From positions 3,072,001-3,136,000 of the forward strand of contig OZ244048.1 in assembly GCA_965215265.1 (NCBI GenBank): a DNA stretch of 64,000 bases, written 5' to 3'. Origin of the DNA: Candidatus Poribacteria bacterium (GTDB taxonomy: Bacteria > Poribacteria > WGA-4E > WGA-3G). Below the pieces are notes generated by a model. The model had not been told where the DNA came from and made no database searches. It saw nothing but the letters and a program-made list of their open reading frames with translations. Both the position numbers and the translations under genes were made by a program. This document shows positions 41,941 to 52,104 of this stretch, piece after piece. How positions within the stretch are numbered: position 1 is the stretch's first letter; the number at the start of each line of letters is the position of its first letter.

Positions 41941-42225
41941 ACAAAAAATATTCAGGTCGGGAACGCAGCCCCTGACGGTTCATTTGATCTCTTTGACAGC
42001 AACACTGAACTTCCGACAGAAGGCATACCTGAGGCGGCAGTCGCCTCAGCGTGGGGAATCAAATCCGGTAAAACTGAAAAAATCAAACACCGTTTTGAGC
42101 ATAGTGAGGTTTTTAAACTTGGGGCTACCGGCGACGGGTTTCGCCAGAAGAAATCTGTAAATGCCTGGATTCTCTTTATTGAGGCAGAGATTTCATTGTT
42201 TTGCTTGAGACAGGCGGCTGTGTGA
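41941..42225 (+). pseudogene. Start-less second copy of the SelN-like protein's C-terminal domain
   Basis: NIQVG...FDLFDSNTELPTE...IKHRFEHSEVFKLGATG aligns to NIEIG...FYLFDGDTELSTE...IMHRFDRGQFFKLGATG. Confidence 0.75.
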
Positions 42226-42379
42226 ACGTGATACCGAGTTGATAAGAGACGATGGTAAACAAATCACTGCACCTTGTTTCGCACTCTGTTCTAATATCTT
42301 ATCAACCGTTTTAAACCTCTTGGCAAAGTCATGATGCGGGACTCAAATCAGGACTTCATTTCGTGGTGCCTAATTTCAA

Positions 42380-43345
42380 CTACATTTCACGCAAGGCATC
42401 AACGACTCGCTGCATATCGGTAGGCAGGGGTGCGGAAAAGATTAAACGTTCGTCTGTGATTGGATGCGTGAATGCAAGCGTGCGTGCATGCAACGCCTGA
42501 CGGTTCAGCTGCACGAGTGCTTGCTTGATACTGTGAGTGCCTGCATCGTGCAGGGCACGCTTTTTCCCACCATAAATTGCATCCCCTGCAATCGGATGCC
42601 CGATGTGTTGCAAATGCACGCGGATTTGATGGAGCCTTCCAGTTTCTAACCTAAGTCGAACGAATGCGAATTTCTGGTAACTTTCTAGGACCTGATAGTG
42701 CGTGACAGCATGCCGTCCACCGGTTTCTACTGTTGTCATCCTCCGCCGGTCCCGGGGGCTCCGAGCAATTTGGGCATCAATCGTTCCGATATCTTTCGTA
42801 GGGGTTCCACATACTACAGCAAGATATTGCCGCTCGTTCGTATGCGCTTCAAATTGAAGAGAGAGCTCTCGGTGGACTACATCTGTTTTAGCTGCGACAA
42901 GAACCCCAGAGGTGTCTTTATCAAGTCTGTGCACAATCCCAGGGCGTTCCACGCCACCAATACCGGAAAGATCCGTGCAATGCGCCAGAAGAGCATTGAC
43001 GAGTGTTCCTGTGTTAACGCGATTTGCAGGATGAACAAGCATGCCCGCAGGCTTGTTGATGACAACTAGGTGCCTGTCCTCGTACAAAATATCAAGGGCG
43101 ATAGTTTCAGCTTGGGCGGTTTCCAAAGGACGCGGTTGTGGAATAGTGAGATACAGCCGGTCTCCAGTGCGAAGAGAATAACTCGGTTGTTTTGATACTT
43201 TGCCGTTGACAGTGACAGCACCTTCACGAATTAATTTCTGGAGATAGGTGCGAGATACACCTTCAGTTGCATCAAGAAGAAACCGATCTAAACGGATCCT
43301 ACTATGCTCCGTTTGAATATAGTAACTTTGCGTCTCGCTTTCCAT
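42380..43345 (-). CDS. rluD: RluA/RluD family 23S rRNA pseudouridine synthase
   Basis: S4-like N-terminus, NKPAGMLVHP, HRLDKDTSG, TGR.HQIRVH. Confidence 0.88.
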   Translation of the reverse strand: MESETQSYYIQTEHSRIRLDRFLLDATEGVSRTYLQKLIREGAVTVNGKVSKQPSYSLRTGDRLYLTIPQPRPLETAQAETIALDILYEDRHLVVINKPAGMLVHPANRVNTGTLVNALLAHCTDLSGIGGVERPGIVHRLDKDTSGVLVAAKTDVVHRELSLQFEAHTNERQYLAVVCGTPTKDIGTIDAQIARSPRDRRRMTTVETGGRHAVTHYQVLESYQKFAFVRLRLETGRLHQIRVHLQHIGHPIAGDAIYGGKKRALHDAGTHSIKQALVQLNRQALHARTLAFTHPITDERLIFSAPLPTDMQRVVDALREM

Positions 43346-43354
43346 AACGGAATC

Positions 43355-44182
43355 CTACTTAATGATGTTCTCTTCCTTTATTTCGATTCCCTCTTCAACT
43401 TCAAGAATCTCAGAGGGTTCAATTGTTTTCCCTCCAGAAGGAGAATGGGTTTCCACACGCATAATAGCCCCCTCTTGCGGAAGTGAACGCGGACTGTCAA
43501 ACATCAGAACCGGCTTGGAATTTTTGTTCGATATTTGCGACATAAGCGTCGGGGGCATCAGGAGTAGGAACTTACCGCCTGATGGCGTTGAACCGACCAT
43601 GACGCCACCGCCGGTCGCGTGAAGCGTCCGGAGACTTTCCAAAAGAGATTGGTGTGCCTCGCGCCTGATTTCAGGCACAACCTCTAAAGCTGCGTCCATC
43701 AGGTCTATGAGATCTGCGAGACTGGCAACGCCGGATTCTATTAACTCAAATACATCAACTGAAGGGCTCACTTCTGAGGAATCCGATACAGGTGCCTGAA
43801 GTAAATCTGCAAGTGGGTTGCCATCAGCGTCTTTTATATCAAGTACCTCAGCAATCTCAGCGAGTTCCTCTATCTCAAGTCTGTCAAGAAGTGCTAAGAA
43901 TTCCTCCAAGGATGCCTCATCAGGTTTCTCAGTTTCCTCATACTCCACTGCAGCACTCTCTGTCCCTGCATTGTCCGGTTCGAATGCTGTTTGCGGGGAG
44001 ATTGTCGTTACCACGGGTGACGGTTGTTCAACTGGAATATCGGTTTTCACGACTTTTTGTGGCGGAGTAGACAGCGATTCAGTAAACCGTTGGTGCGCTC
44101 GACGCGCGTAGAGGAAGATACCGGTGCAGATTACTAAGGTTAAAATCAGCACACCTCCGATAAATTTAACAGTGTATTGCAT
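43355..44182 (-). CDS. Membrane-anchored acidic hypothetical protein
   Basis: AAGGAG RBS, N-terminal TM. Confidence 0.65.
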   Translation of the reverse strand: MQYTVKFIGGVLILTLVICTGIFLYARRAHQRFTESLSTPPQKVVKTDIPVEQPSPVVTTISPQTAFEPDNAGTESAAVEYEETEKPDEASLEEFLALLDRLEIEELAEIAEVLDIKDADGNPLADLLQAPVSDSSEVSPSVDVFELIESGVASLADLIDLMDAALEVVPEIRREAHQSLLESLRTLHATGGGVMVGSTPSGGKFLLLMPPTLMSQISNKNSKPVLMFDSPRSLPQEGAIMRVETHSPSGGKTIEPSEILEVEEGIEIKEENIIK

Positions 44183-44346
44183 AGTTTGCTCCTTAATGGA
44201 ATTCGTTAGACTTATCGCTCAATATATAAGCTTGTCCGGCGTATGATGTTACAAAGTATTGAAATGCCATTTGAAAAAATGAAGTGCATTCACAAACGGC
44301 AAATTGGCACGTCACGTTTAGTTTTTCCTAAAAAGTCGTTCAGCCT

Positions 44347-45507
44347 CTATATTCTATACAACGTTCGCATTTGTTGGATAACCTGGGGTAATTTTGCGAT
44401 AACGTCGTCAATTTGGGTTTCTGTCGTATCTCTGCCGAGTGAAAATCTAACGGTGCCTTGTGCTAACCTCGGAGGTAACCGAAGCGCCGCAAGCACATGC
44501 GATGGTTCCATTGAGCCAGAGGTGCACGCCGAACCTGTTGACACACAGATGCCCTCCATGTCTAACCGCAAGATAAGGCTTTCTCCTTCAACGTTTTCAA
44601 AGGAGACATTGAGAGTCCCGGGGGCACAATGTTCAGGGTGTCCATTATAGTGAATATTTTTAATGTAGGTATCAAGTCCATGGCGTAGTCGCTGCCCTAA
44701 CTTATTAAGATGTGCGGCGTAAGTGGCTTGCTCTTTTTTAGCGAGCTCTGCTGCAACCCCAAGGCCGACAATAGCCGGTACATTCTCCGATCCGGCGCGT
44801 CGATTGCGTTCATGCGAACCTCCGTGGACGAGGTTTGCTAACCGGGTGCCTCGTCGGATGTAAAGTACGCCGATGCCTTTCGGTGCGTAAATTTTATGTC
44901 CTGATAACGATAGGAGGTTAATACCCAACGCCTGAACATTAATTTGCAACTTACCAACTGACTGCACTGCATCCGTGTGCATCGGTATTTCGTATTGCTT
45001 GGCGATTTCACATATCTCTTCGATCGGTTGGATGGTGCCGTTCTCGTTGTTGACGTGCATGATAGTTATGAGTACGGTTTCTTCACGGATAGCATCCAGT
45101 AGTTGTTCCAGGCGAATCCGGCCGTACCGGTCTACAGGTAAGTACGTCACTTCAAAGCCACGTTTCTCAAGATATTGACATGTATGCAGGACCGCGTGAT
45201 GTTCGACAGAAGAGGTGATGATATGGTTGCCATTTCCTCGGTTCTTTTCCAATTCAGTCAGTCCTTTGATGGCGTGATTATCCGCTTCGGTTCCGCTTGC
45301 GGTGAAAACAATTTCGCTGGGGCTTTTGGCACTGATGAGCTCTGCCACCTGTTCACGTGCGATGTCAATAGCATTCCGTGCCTCGCGCCCGTAAGCATGA
45401 ATACTGGATCCGTTCCCAAATGCGTTTGTCATATACGGCATCATTGCATCCAGTACTTCTGGTCGAATTGGTGTTGTTGCATTGTAATCCAAATAGATGC
45501 GTTGCAT
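44347..45507 (-). CDS. iscS: Cysteine desulfurase (IscS/NifS group I)
   Basis: YLDYNATTP, SGHKIYAPKG, STGSACTSG. Confidence 0.93.
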   Translation of the reverse strand: MQRIYLDYNATTPIRPEVLDAMMPYMTNAFGNGSSIHAYGREARNAIDIAREQVAELISAKSPSEIVFTASGTEADNHAIKGLTELEKNRGNGNHIITSSVEHHAVLHTCQYLEKRGFEVTYLPVDRYGRIRLEQLLDAIREETVLITIMHVNNENGTIQPIEEICEIAKQYEIPMHTDAVQSVGKLQINVQALGINLLSLSGHKIYAPKGIGVLYIRRGTRLANLVHGGSHERNRRAGSENVPAIVGLGVAAELAKKEQATYAAHLNKLGQRLRHGLDTYIKNIHYNGHPEHCAPGTLNVSFENVEGESLILRLDMEGICVSTGSACTSGSMEPSHVLAALRLPPRLAQGTVRFSLGRDTTETQIDDVIAKLPQVIQQMRTLYRI

Positions 45508-45553
45508 AGTTGTGTCCAGGTTGTTGAAGCGGTGCATTGCCAGCGAATCGTGC

Positions 45554-46906
45554 CTACTTGTATGTCCGGTGATTCCGAAAGGTTATGCGATTAGAAGAAA
45601 TATCAACGTTGTCCAAACGTTCACGCCTAACGACACTTCCGTTTCTATTTAAAAACGAGAGGTTGACAGGATGTGTCCCTTCAGGAAGCGGTATCCGTAC
45701 CGTAAACATCCGATTCGGAAGTGTCCCCCAGGAACGTGTATCAGCCTTCTCCGTTATAATGTTGACAAGGTTGGTGAGCAACCCTAACGCTTTATTTTCA
45801 TTTTTTGCTTTTCGGTATGCCAAGTACTTTAGTAAGGCGCGCCCCAACGTTCGGAAGAGAATCACCGTGTGTTCAGCGTTAAGCGTTTCTATAGCGATTT
45901 TTTCGACATCTTCTACCAAAATACCTTTCGCTTGTGCTTGTCCGACTTTCACTTCAATTCCGGAAAGCTGGGGGCGTTGGGAGTGATAGGTCGGCATCTC
46001 AATGTGTAAGAGATATTCTAATTCAACGTCCGAATATGTTTTTCCCTGGCGCTTACGGAGCGTTGGGACAAATTCTGTAGCTTCTGTTTCATTATTTTTG
46101 CCAAATTTATCGGTTTTCAGGATAGGAAAGGTTAACGTTGTTTTGCCTTTCTGTGGAACGTATCCGGTTTCATAAAACAGGATCAGTTCTCCATAATTTT
46201 CTGGCCGCGCCGGTGGTTCGCCGTACTGCTTTTGATAATACGTGGCTTCTTGAGGGAATCCCAATTTACGTGCCAAGCGTACCAGAGAATGGCCTATATC
46301 TACGGGCAATGGCACGCCTGTCTTCTCAGCAGCACTTCGATAATTTACCTCTGCTTGTCGGTAAGAGATGAAAGCATCATTCCAGTCCCCTGAGGCTTCA
46401 AAGAGCATAGCGGATAAATACGCTAAAAATCCACTTGCAAAAAAATCGTAATCCTCGTTTTCATCCTTGTATGACTCAATCAAGCTTGTTGCTTGCCGGC
46501 ATTCTACCAGGGCCTCACTCAACTGATTGAGAGACACGTAATTAAGAATCTGATAATAGTAGGCTAAGAGTCTCTCGTACCGTTTACCGGGGTAAGGTTT
46601 TGCTAAATCAGAGGTAAGAAGCGAGAGTGCCTCTTTTGAAACGCTTTTAGTATAGAGATCTTCTGCGATTTCTTCCGCTTGAGCGAATGCCTTGTTACTA
46701 TCGTTAAAATGATTGGCGTAATGGGCAACCATCCCGAATTCAAACAGTAGCGGTAGTTCTGGTTTCTTCTCTGCCTTCTTTTTTAAGTTGGTGTAAGTTT
46801 TTTCATAATCTCCTGTCTCCAATGAGATGCGTAGTTCTTTCATGTTATAGCGGCTACACCCAATCACCAGCAATAGCGAAATCAGAACAGGTAAAATTTT
46901 TATCAT
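45554..46906 (-). CDS. TPR-like lipoprotein (COG3014-like)
   Basis: Lipobox VIGC, Y.G..YE, ALVECR, ADTRSW.TLP. Confidence 0.75.
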   Translation of the reverse strand: MIKILPVLISLLLVIGCSRYNMKELRISLETGDYEKTYTNLKKKAEKKPELPLLFEFGMVAHYANHFNDSNKAFAQAEEIAEDLYTKSVSKEALSLLTSDLAKPYPGKRYERLLAYYYQILNYVSLNQLSEALVECRQATSLIESYKDENEDYDFFASGFLAYLSAMLFEASGDWNDAFISYRQAEVNYRSAAEKTGVPLPVDIGHSLVRLARKLGFPQEATYYQKQYGEPPARPENYGELILFYETGYVPQKGKTTLTFPILKTDKFGKNNETEATEFVPTLRKRQGKTYSDVELEYLLHIEMPTYHSQRPQLSGIEVKVGQAQAKGILVEDVEKIAIETLNAEHTVILFRTLGRALLKYLAYRKAKNENKALGLLTNLVNIITEKADTRSWGTLPNRMFTVRIPLPEGTHPVNLSFLNRNGSVVRRERLDNVDISSNRITFRNHRTYK

Positions 46907-46973
46907 AATTTTCTTAGGGTATTTCTGGTATGAGAGGTCGAAGGGCCTCTCATACCAGAAGAAGTTCCGGTTT

Positions 46974-47606
46974 TTACATCTTATACTTTTTGCGTCCGAT
47001 AAACTTCTTAATTTTCTCGCCACCTATCCAGACTTTTTCATTCGTCTCAATATTGGTCAAGGTTAGATCCGTCTGATAAAACATGACTTGATTTCCGCCT
47101 TCACGATCTTCAATGGTGTTGATTTCGCCGGTCATCATGTAATCGGCACCGAGTTCTCTGCCCATCCGTTTAATCGTTTCGATCGCTGCGAATTCCCCCT
47201 GGTCAGCCCGTTCTTCGCGAATTTCCCCGCGTTCATTTGCGCTGGACACGGTGCGCACTTTCCCGGAATTGATAAATGCGCGCTCAATATCACTGATGAA
47301 TGTTTGCACAGCAATGTGTTCCATGCTCTTATTTCGGATGCCGCCGACAATCACCACAGGCTTTGCTGAGGCATCTGCCGTATGGTCGATAATCCACGGG
47401 TGACTTAGACAGTCCTCAATTATTGTCTCTGCTACCATGCGTGAATCAGTGTCGTTCCAACGTCCAGAGAGATCTATGGTAGTATCGCTTTCAACGCGCG
47501 TGACCTGTTTAGATGCACTGCATCCTGTAAAAACTATGAATCCAAGCAGTAAGTAGCATGCGAGATGGAAAGTGTTGTTTGCAAGTTTATGTTTTTTTTG
47601 ATACAT
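46974..47606 (-). CDS. lpoB: Penicillin-binding protein activator LpoB family lipoprotein
   Basis: Lipobox FTGC, DLSGRWNDTDSR, GADYMMTG.I, EKVW.G...IKK. Confidence 0.8.
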   Translation of the reverse strand: MYQKKHKLANNTFHLACYLLLGFIVFTGCSASKQVTRVESDTTIDLSGRWNDTDSRMVAETIIEDCLSHPWIIDHTADASAKPVVIVGGIRNKSMEHIAVQTFISDIERAFINSGKVRTVSSANERGEIREERADQGEFAAIETIKRMGRELGADYMMTGEINTIEDREGGNQVMFYQTDLTLTNIETNEKVWIGGEKIKKFIGRKKYKM

Positions 47607-47721
47607 GAGATATTCTCCTTTTTATAAAGAGGCCACAGTCAAATATGCCCTCAAAGCGCTCTAGTTTTCATAACAGAAATAGATGTGAATAAGAATTTGC
47701 GTGCTGTTCTTGAAAAATACG

Positions 47722-49515
47722 TTAAAAATCCAAATCGGATTCATCGACAATTTTCTCAATGAAAGTAGAAAGAGGAATTGCGCCGATGTCGCCTCCATCA
47801 CGGCTGCGAACGCTGACGGTTCGGTTTTCTTGTTCACGTCCGCCGATAATTAACATATACGGAACTCGTTGCAAGCGAGCTTGCCGAATTTTCGCACCGA
47901 TTTTATCATCACTTGCATCTAAGTGCACCCGGCATCCCTTCTGCAACAAAAGTTGTTGCACTTCTCTTGCATAATCAGCAAAACGTTCGCTAATAGTCAT
48001 CACAACGCACTGTACGGGTGCGAGCCATGTCGGGAAGGCACCTGCATAGTGCTCAATAAGCATGGCGATGAACCTTTCAAAGCTGCCACATATTGCACGA
48101 TGGATAACGACGGGCCGTTTTTCACTGCCGTCTGCTGCGACATAAATGAGTTCGAAACGTTCGGGTAACTGGAAATCGAGTTGAACGGTGGCACATTGCA
48201 CTTCACGGTTAATCGAATCCCGTACCTGAAAATCGAGTTTGGGGCCATAAAAGGCAGCTTCGCCAGCGTCTACAGTATACTCAATCTGATTGTTTTTCAA
48301 GACGTTTTCAAGGATTTCTTCGGCATGATTCCAGATTTCGACATCGCCCATAAACTTTTCCGGGTTGCGTGTGCTCAAATTGCACCGGAAGGGCAGATCG
48401 AAGGTGCCGTAGATACGTCGGAAGAGTGCAAGGATGCGCTCATATTCGGCAGCAATTTGGTTTTGCGTGACAAAGTTATGAGCGTCATCTTGGCAAAGTT
48501 GACGAACACGGGATAGCCCGCTCAAAGTTCCGGTGGCTTCGTTCCGATGTAATACGCCCTGGTCATAGAGGCGGTAGGGCAAATCCCGGTAACTGTGCCG
48601 TTTGCTTTTGTAAATCAGCATGTGTGCTGGGCAATTCATCGGTTTGAGCGCGCTGGTTGATTCACCGTTTTCGTTTTGCAGGAGGAACATATCATCCCTG
48701 AAGTGTTCCCAATGCCCTGACGTTTCCCAGAGGCTGCTGTTGTAGATAAGAGGTGTCCGTACCTCGTTATAGCCCTCGCTGAGATAGAGTTTACGAACCT
48801 TTTCAGACAAGATATTGTAAATGAGGGTGCCTTTAGGGAGCCAAAACGGACTGCCAGGGGATTCGGGATGCATCTGAAAGAGTTCCAATTCGCGTCCTAA
48901 TTTACGATGATCCCGCTTCGCGGCTTCCTCTCGCTGTGTCAAGTAGGCTTTGAGGGCGGACTTGCTATCCCAGGCAGTACCGTAAATGCGTTGCAGCTGC
49001 TCTCGATTGCTATCGCCTCGCCAGTATGCGCCTGAGACGCGGAGCAATTTGAAATGGCGGCACTCGCCTGTTGTGTCAATGTGAGGGCCCTTGCAGAGGT
49101 CGGTGAAGTCGCCGTTATGGTAAATGGAGACACCCTCTTCGGCAACGCCTTCATCAGTTGCGCTGACTTCCTGGTCCGAGATGCCATCAATGAGCTCCAA
49201 TTTAAACTTCTGAGCCCGTTCGGCGAACCATGTGCGCGCTTCGTCGTACCCCCAGATCTCTTGTTGAAAAGGCACATTGGCTTTAATCATCGCCTTCATG
49301 TGCATCTCTATTTCTGGAAAATCGTCTGGGGTTATAGGCCGCGGCACCTCCATATCATAATAAAATTCATTTTCAATCGGCGGACCTATAGCGAGTTTTA
49401 CACTGCTTTCGCCATCTGGAAACAGTTGTTGCACCGCATACGCCATAATGTGTGCCGTGGAATGGCGTAGACGTTGTAAATACTCAACTTTATCGAGTTG
49501 ATTGGATTCAGGCAT
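47722..49515 (-). CDS. thrS: Threonine-tRNA ligase (no N-terminal TGS domain)
   Basis: RHSTAH, DLCKGPH, RDHRKLG, KPMNCP, AFYGPK. Confidence 0.98.
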   Translation of the reverse strand: MPESNQLDKVEYLQRLRHSTAHIMAYAVQQLFPDGESSVKLAIGPPIENEFYYDMEVPRPITPDDFPEIEMHMKAMIKANVPFQQEIWGYDEARTWFAERAQKFKLELIDGISDQEVSATDEGVAEEGVSIYHNGDFTDLCKGPHIDTTGECRHFKLLRVSGAYWRGDSNREQLQRIYGTAWDSKSALKAYLTQREEAAKRDHRKLGRELELFQMHPESPGSPFWLPKGTLIYNILSEKVRKLYLSEGYNEVRTPLIYNSSLWETSGHWEHFRDDMFLLQNENGESTSALKPMNCPAHMLIYKSKRHSYRDLPYRLYDQGVLHRNEATGTLSGLSRVRQLCQDDAHNFVTQNQIAAEYERILALFRRIYGTFDLPFRCNLSTRNPEKFMGDVEIWNHAEEILENVLKNNQIEYTVDAGEAAFYGPKLDFQVRDSINREVQCATVQLDFQLPERFELIYVAADGSEKRPVVIHRAICGSFERFIAMLIEHYAGAFPTWLAPVQCVVMTISERFADYAREVQQLLLQKGCRVHLDASDDKIGAKIRQARLQRVPYMLIIGGREQENRTVSVRSRDGGDIGAIPLSTFIEKIVDESDLDF

Positions 49516-49683
49516 GACGTTCTACTCTCTTTAAAAAACTGTATTAAATTTAACGGCTCTCTCAAAACTCCGTTTACGTTAATATTTTACAAGATATAGC
49601 TGGAAAATGCCAATTAAAAATACCGGTGAATCTGATGGAAAAGAGAGATTGGCAATTGCAATGTAATTGGGAGCAGTTTTAGA

Positions 49684-49757
49684 TGGGCGGTACAGGACTT
49701 GAACCTGTGACCTCTTGCATGTCAAGCAAACGCTCTAGCCACCTGAGCTAACCGCCC
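49684..49757 (-). tRNA. tRNA-Val(GAC)
   Basis: Cloverleaf, anticodon loop TTGACAT. Confidence 0.95.
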
Positions 49758-49770
49758 GTTTATGGTAAGA

Positions 49771-49845
49771 TGGAGGTGGCGGTCGGAATCGAACCGACGA
49801 ATAAGAGTTTTGCAGACTCTGGCCTTACCACTTGGCTACGCCACC
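49771..49845 (-). tRNA. tRNA-Cys(GCA)
   Basis: Cloverleaf, loop CTGCAAA, encoded CCA. Confidence 0.95.
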
Positions 49846-49852
49846 GTTAGGA

Positions 49853-49924
49853 AGCGGGAGACGAGATTTGAACTCGCGACCTCCACCTTGGCAAGGTGGA
49901 GCTCTACCACTGAGCTACTCCCGC
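49853..49924 (-). tRNA. tRNA-Gly(GCC)
   Basis: Cloverleaf, loop TTGCCAA. Confidence 0.95.
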
Positions 49925-49980
49925 ATAATTTTCAAAGTCTATGCACGGAAAATTGCGCGACTCTACAAAATATCATATAT

Positions 49981-50009
49981 ATTTTAACACATTTTTCTAA
50001 AAATGTCAA
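49981..50009 (-). promoter_or_regulatory. sigma70 promoter of the tRNA Gly-Cys-Val operon
   Basis: TTGACA-17-TAAAAT. Confidence 0.7.
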
Positions 50010-50132
50010 ATTAATTTTTGATTAAAATAAAATAGGTAATTTTGCCAAGGTTTTTCGCAAAAATGCGTCTACGCATACACCGTAAACCAGAGAAAATATC
50101 CAATGTATTTTTAGGGTTTACTATCATCGAAA

Positions 50133-52084
50133 TTAGTTTGTGGTATAAAACACCTTGTTCAGGACTTTATCTTCGTCGCTGACACCAAAATCTGCATCTT
50201 CTATTTCGGAAAGGTTAACATAGAGTTGATTCTTATCCAACAATGCCGCCAAGAGTTGCCGCTGTTTGTCCACATCATTGATGGCGATGAAATCTCGCAC
50301 CGCGGCTTCAGGGATTTGCGGATTGACATACCAGTTCAAGAATGAGTTTTCTGCGATGTTTCGCCAGAGTGTGACAAGTTCTTCAGCGGATTGTGCTGCT
50401 TGAATCTGTTCCATGAACACTTCATTGTATGGCATTAGTTCGCACGAGAGGAAAGCGTCTTGTGTTAACATCTCCTGTGCCATCACTTTCTCAATTCGCT
50501 CTTTACAAACGGTGACATGCTCTTCTAATTGTTCAACGAGGATAAATTGCCGCTCTACCCCCCCCCTACTTCATATTTGTTAAGTTCTAAGGCAGCATGC
50601 CCCGTCGTGCCAGAACCAGCGAAGAAGTCGAGGACAATATCGCCCGCATCAGTTGTGAGTTTCATGATGTCTAAAACAGTATATAGAGATTTGGGGTAAC
50701 TCATTGAATTCTCTTTACCAACAATATTTTCTAATAAAGTCGTCCCATGAGAGGTTGCGTTGTACTTTGGAGCTAACCAATGCGTGGTGATGATTTGTTG
50801 TTCCCTATATTTCCTATAAATCACAAGTTTCTCTGCCTCTCGCTTTATGACTATATCATTCTCGTGAAATCGTTTCATAAAGGTTTCCGGTATTGTGACC
50901 CAGGTCATTTCTCGCCCTGTGTTCGTTATTGGCAGGACTTCTTCGTAACCTTCTACTTTTTTCAATGATACCTTGGCGAGGTCTTTACTAACATAAATCG
51001 GGTACCAGTATTTGGGTTTATCTTCTCTTGTACAACCACCGCTTCCACCTTGAACCATGATGTAATTTTTTAAGTAATAATTGCCCTTCTCGTCTCTCAA
51101 ATTAAACTGCTTTTTTTTCTCTTCATCAATGACAATATTTTTTATGTTGTTTCCCAGGGTCTTTGTATAAATAAGCATGAATTCATTGCTAACCGAAAAG
51201 CCTTTATCCATATTACGGCCTCTCGCTTGATGAACAACTGAAACGACTGCCAACCTATTTTGCCTTCCGAAAACTTCATCAGCCAGCGAGCCTAAGTAAA
51301 AGAGTTCATGATGGTCAATTGCAATCGCGATAAACCCATCGGTCTTCAGCAATTCCTTTGCAATCTCCAATCTGTTTTTCATAAACGTTAGCCAAGTGGA
51401 GTGCTTAAAGGCGTTGTTGTAGGTAAAACTGTCTGCAGAGCCGCCCGTATTATACGGCGGATCTATGTAAATCAATTTTATCTTTCTCCGGAACTGTTGC
51501 TTCAAGCTATGCAGTGCCAATAGGTTGTTGCCTTTGATGATAAGGTTTTCCCGGATTGTGCCGTCCTCATCGCGTTTGATGGCGGACACCGGTTGTGTGC
51601 CGGCAGCCGTATGGCGTTTCCAATTCGTTAGCACTTTCGCATCCAAGAGGCGGTTGATTTCATCGTCGGCAAGGGTTTCATTGAAGAAAAGTTCCTGTCG
51701 TTTTTCCTCCTCGTGCGTCTGTCCCCCATCCAAGACGCAATCCTTATAGGGCCATGCGAGTGCGACTTCGCCGCGTTCTCGTAAGAACTTGTCATCAACG
51801 GTTAATCCGATTCTGTTTCGGAATCGGGTGTAAGAATCGCCAAAGAAATTTTTGTCGGAGATGTAGGTAATGAAGGTGTTGTAATTGAAAACATACCGCC
51901 CGTTGATTTCATCAAAGAATTTTTCCGCTATTTCCTTATCTGTCATCAACAGAGCAATCAAGCCGTGGTCGAGTTGCCAGGCGTGGTTTCTGACGGCGGC
52001 AGGGATGAGTTCCTCGGCACCGTCAACAAAACGCCGGTCAGTTTTGAGGAGGTTAATCAGTTTTTGGTTGAAGTTTGATGGCAT
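50133..52084 (-). CDS. mod: Type III Mod DNA methyltransferase copy 2, frameshifted at a G9 tract (50558-50566)
   Basis: IYIDPPYN, FFAGSGTTG; RQFILVEQ continues in another frame after the G tract. Confidence 0.85.
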
Positions 52085-52104
52085 AGTCGTCTCTTTTTTG
52101 TCGG

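Noticed and set aside
44347-45507. iscS as a dedicated selenocysteine lyase for the SelN-like gene
   Set aside because: It has ordinary group I motifs, lies on the opposite strand in a separate operon, and proximity alone is not evidence.
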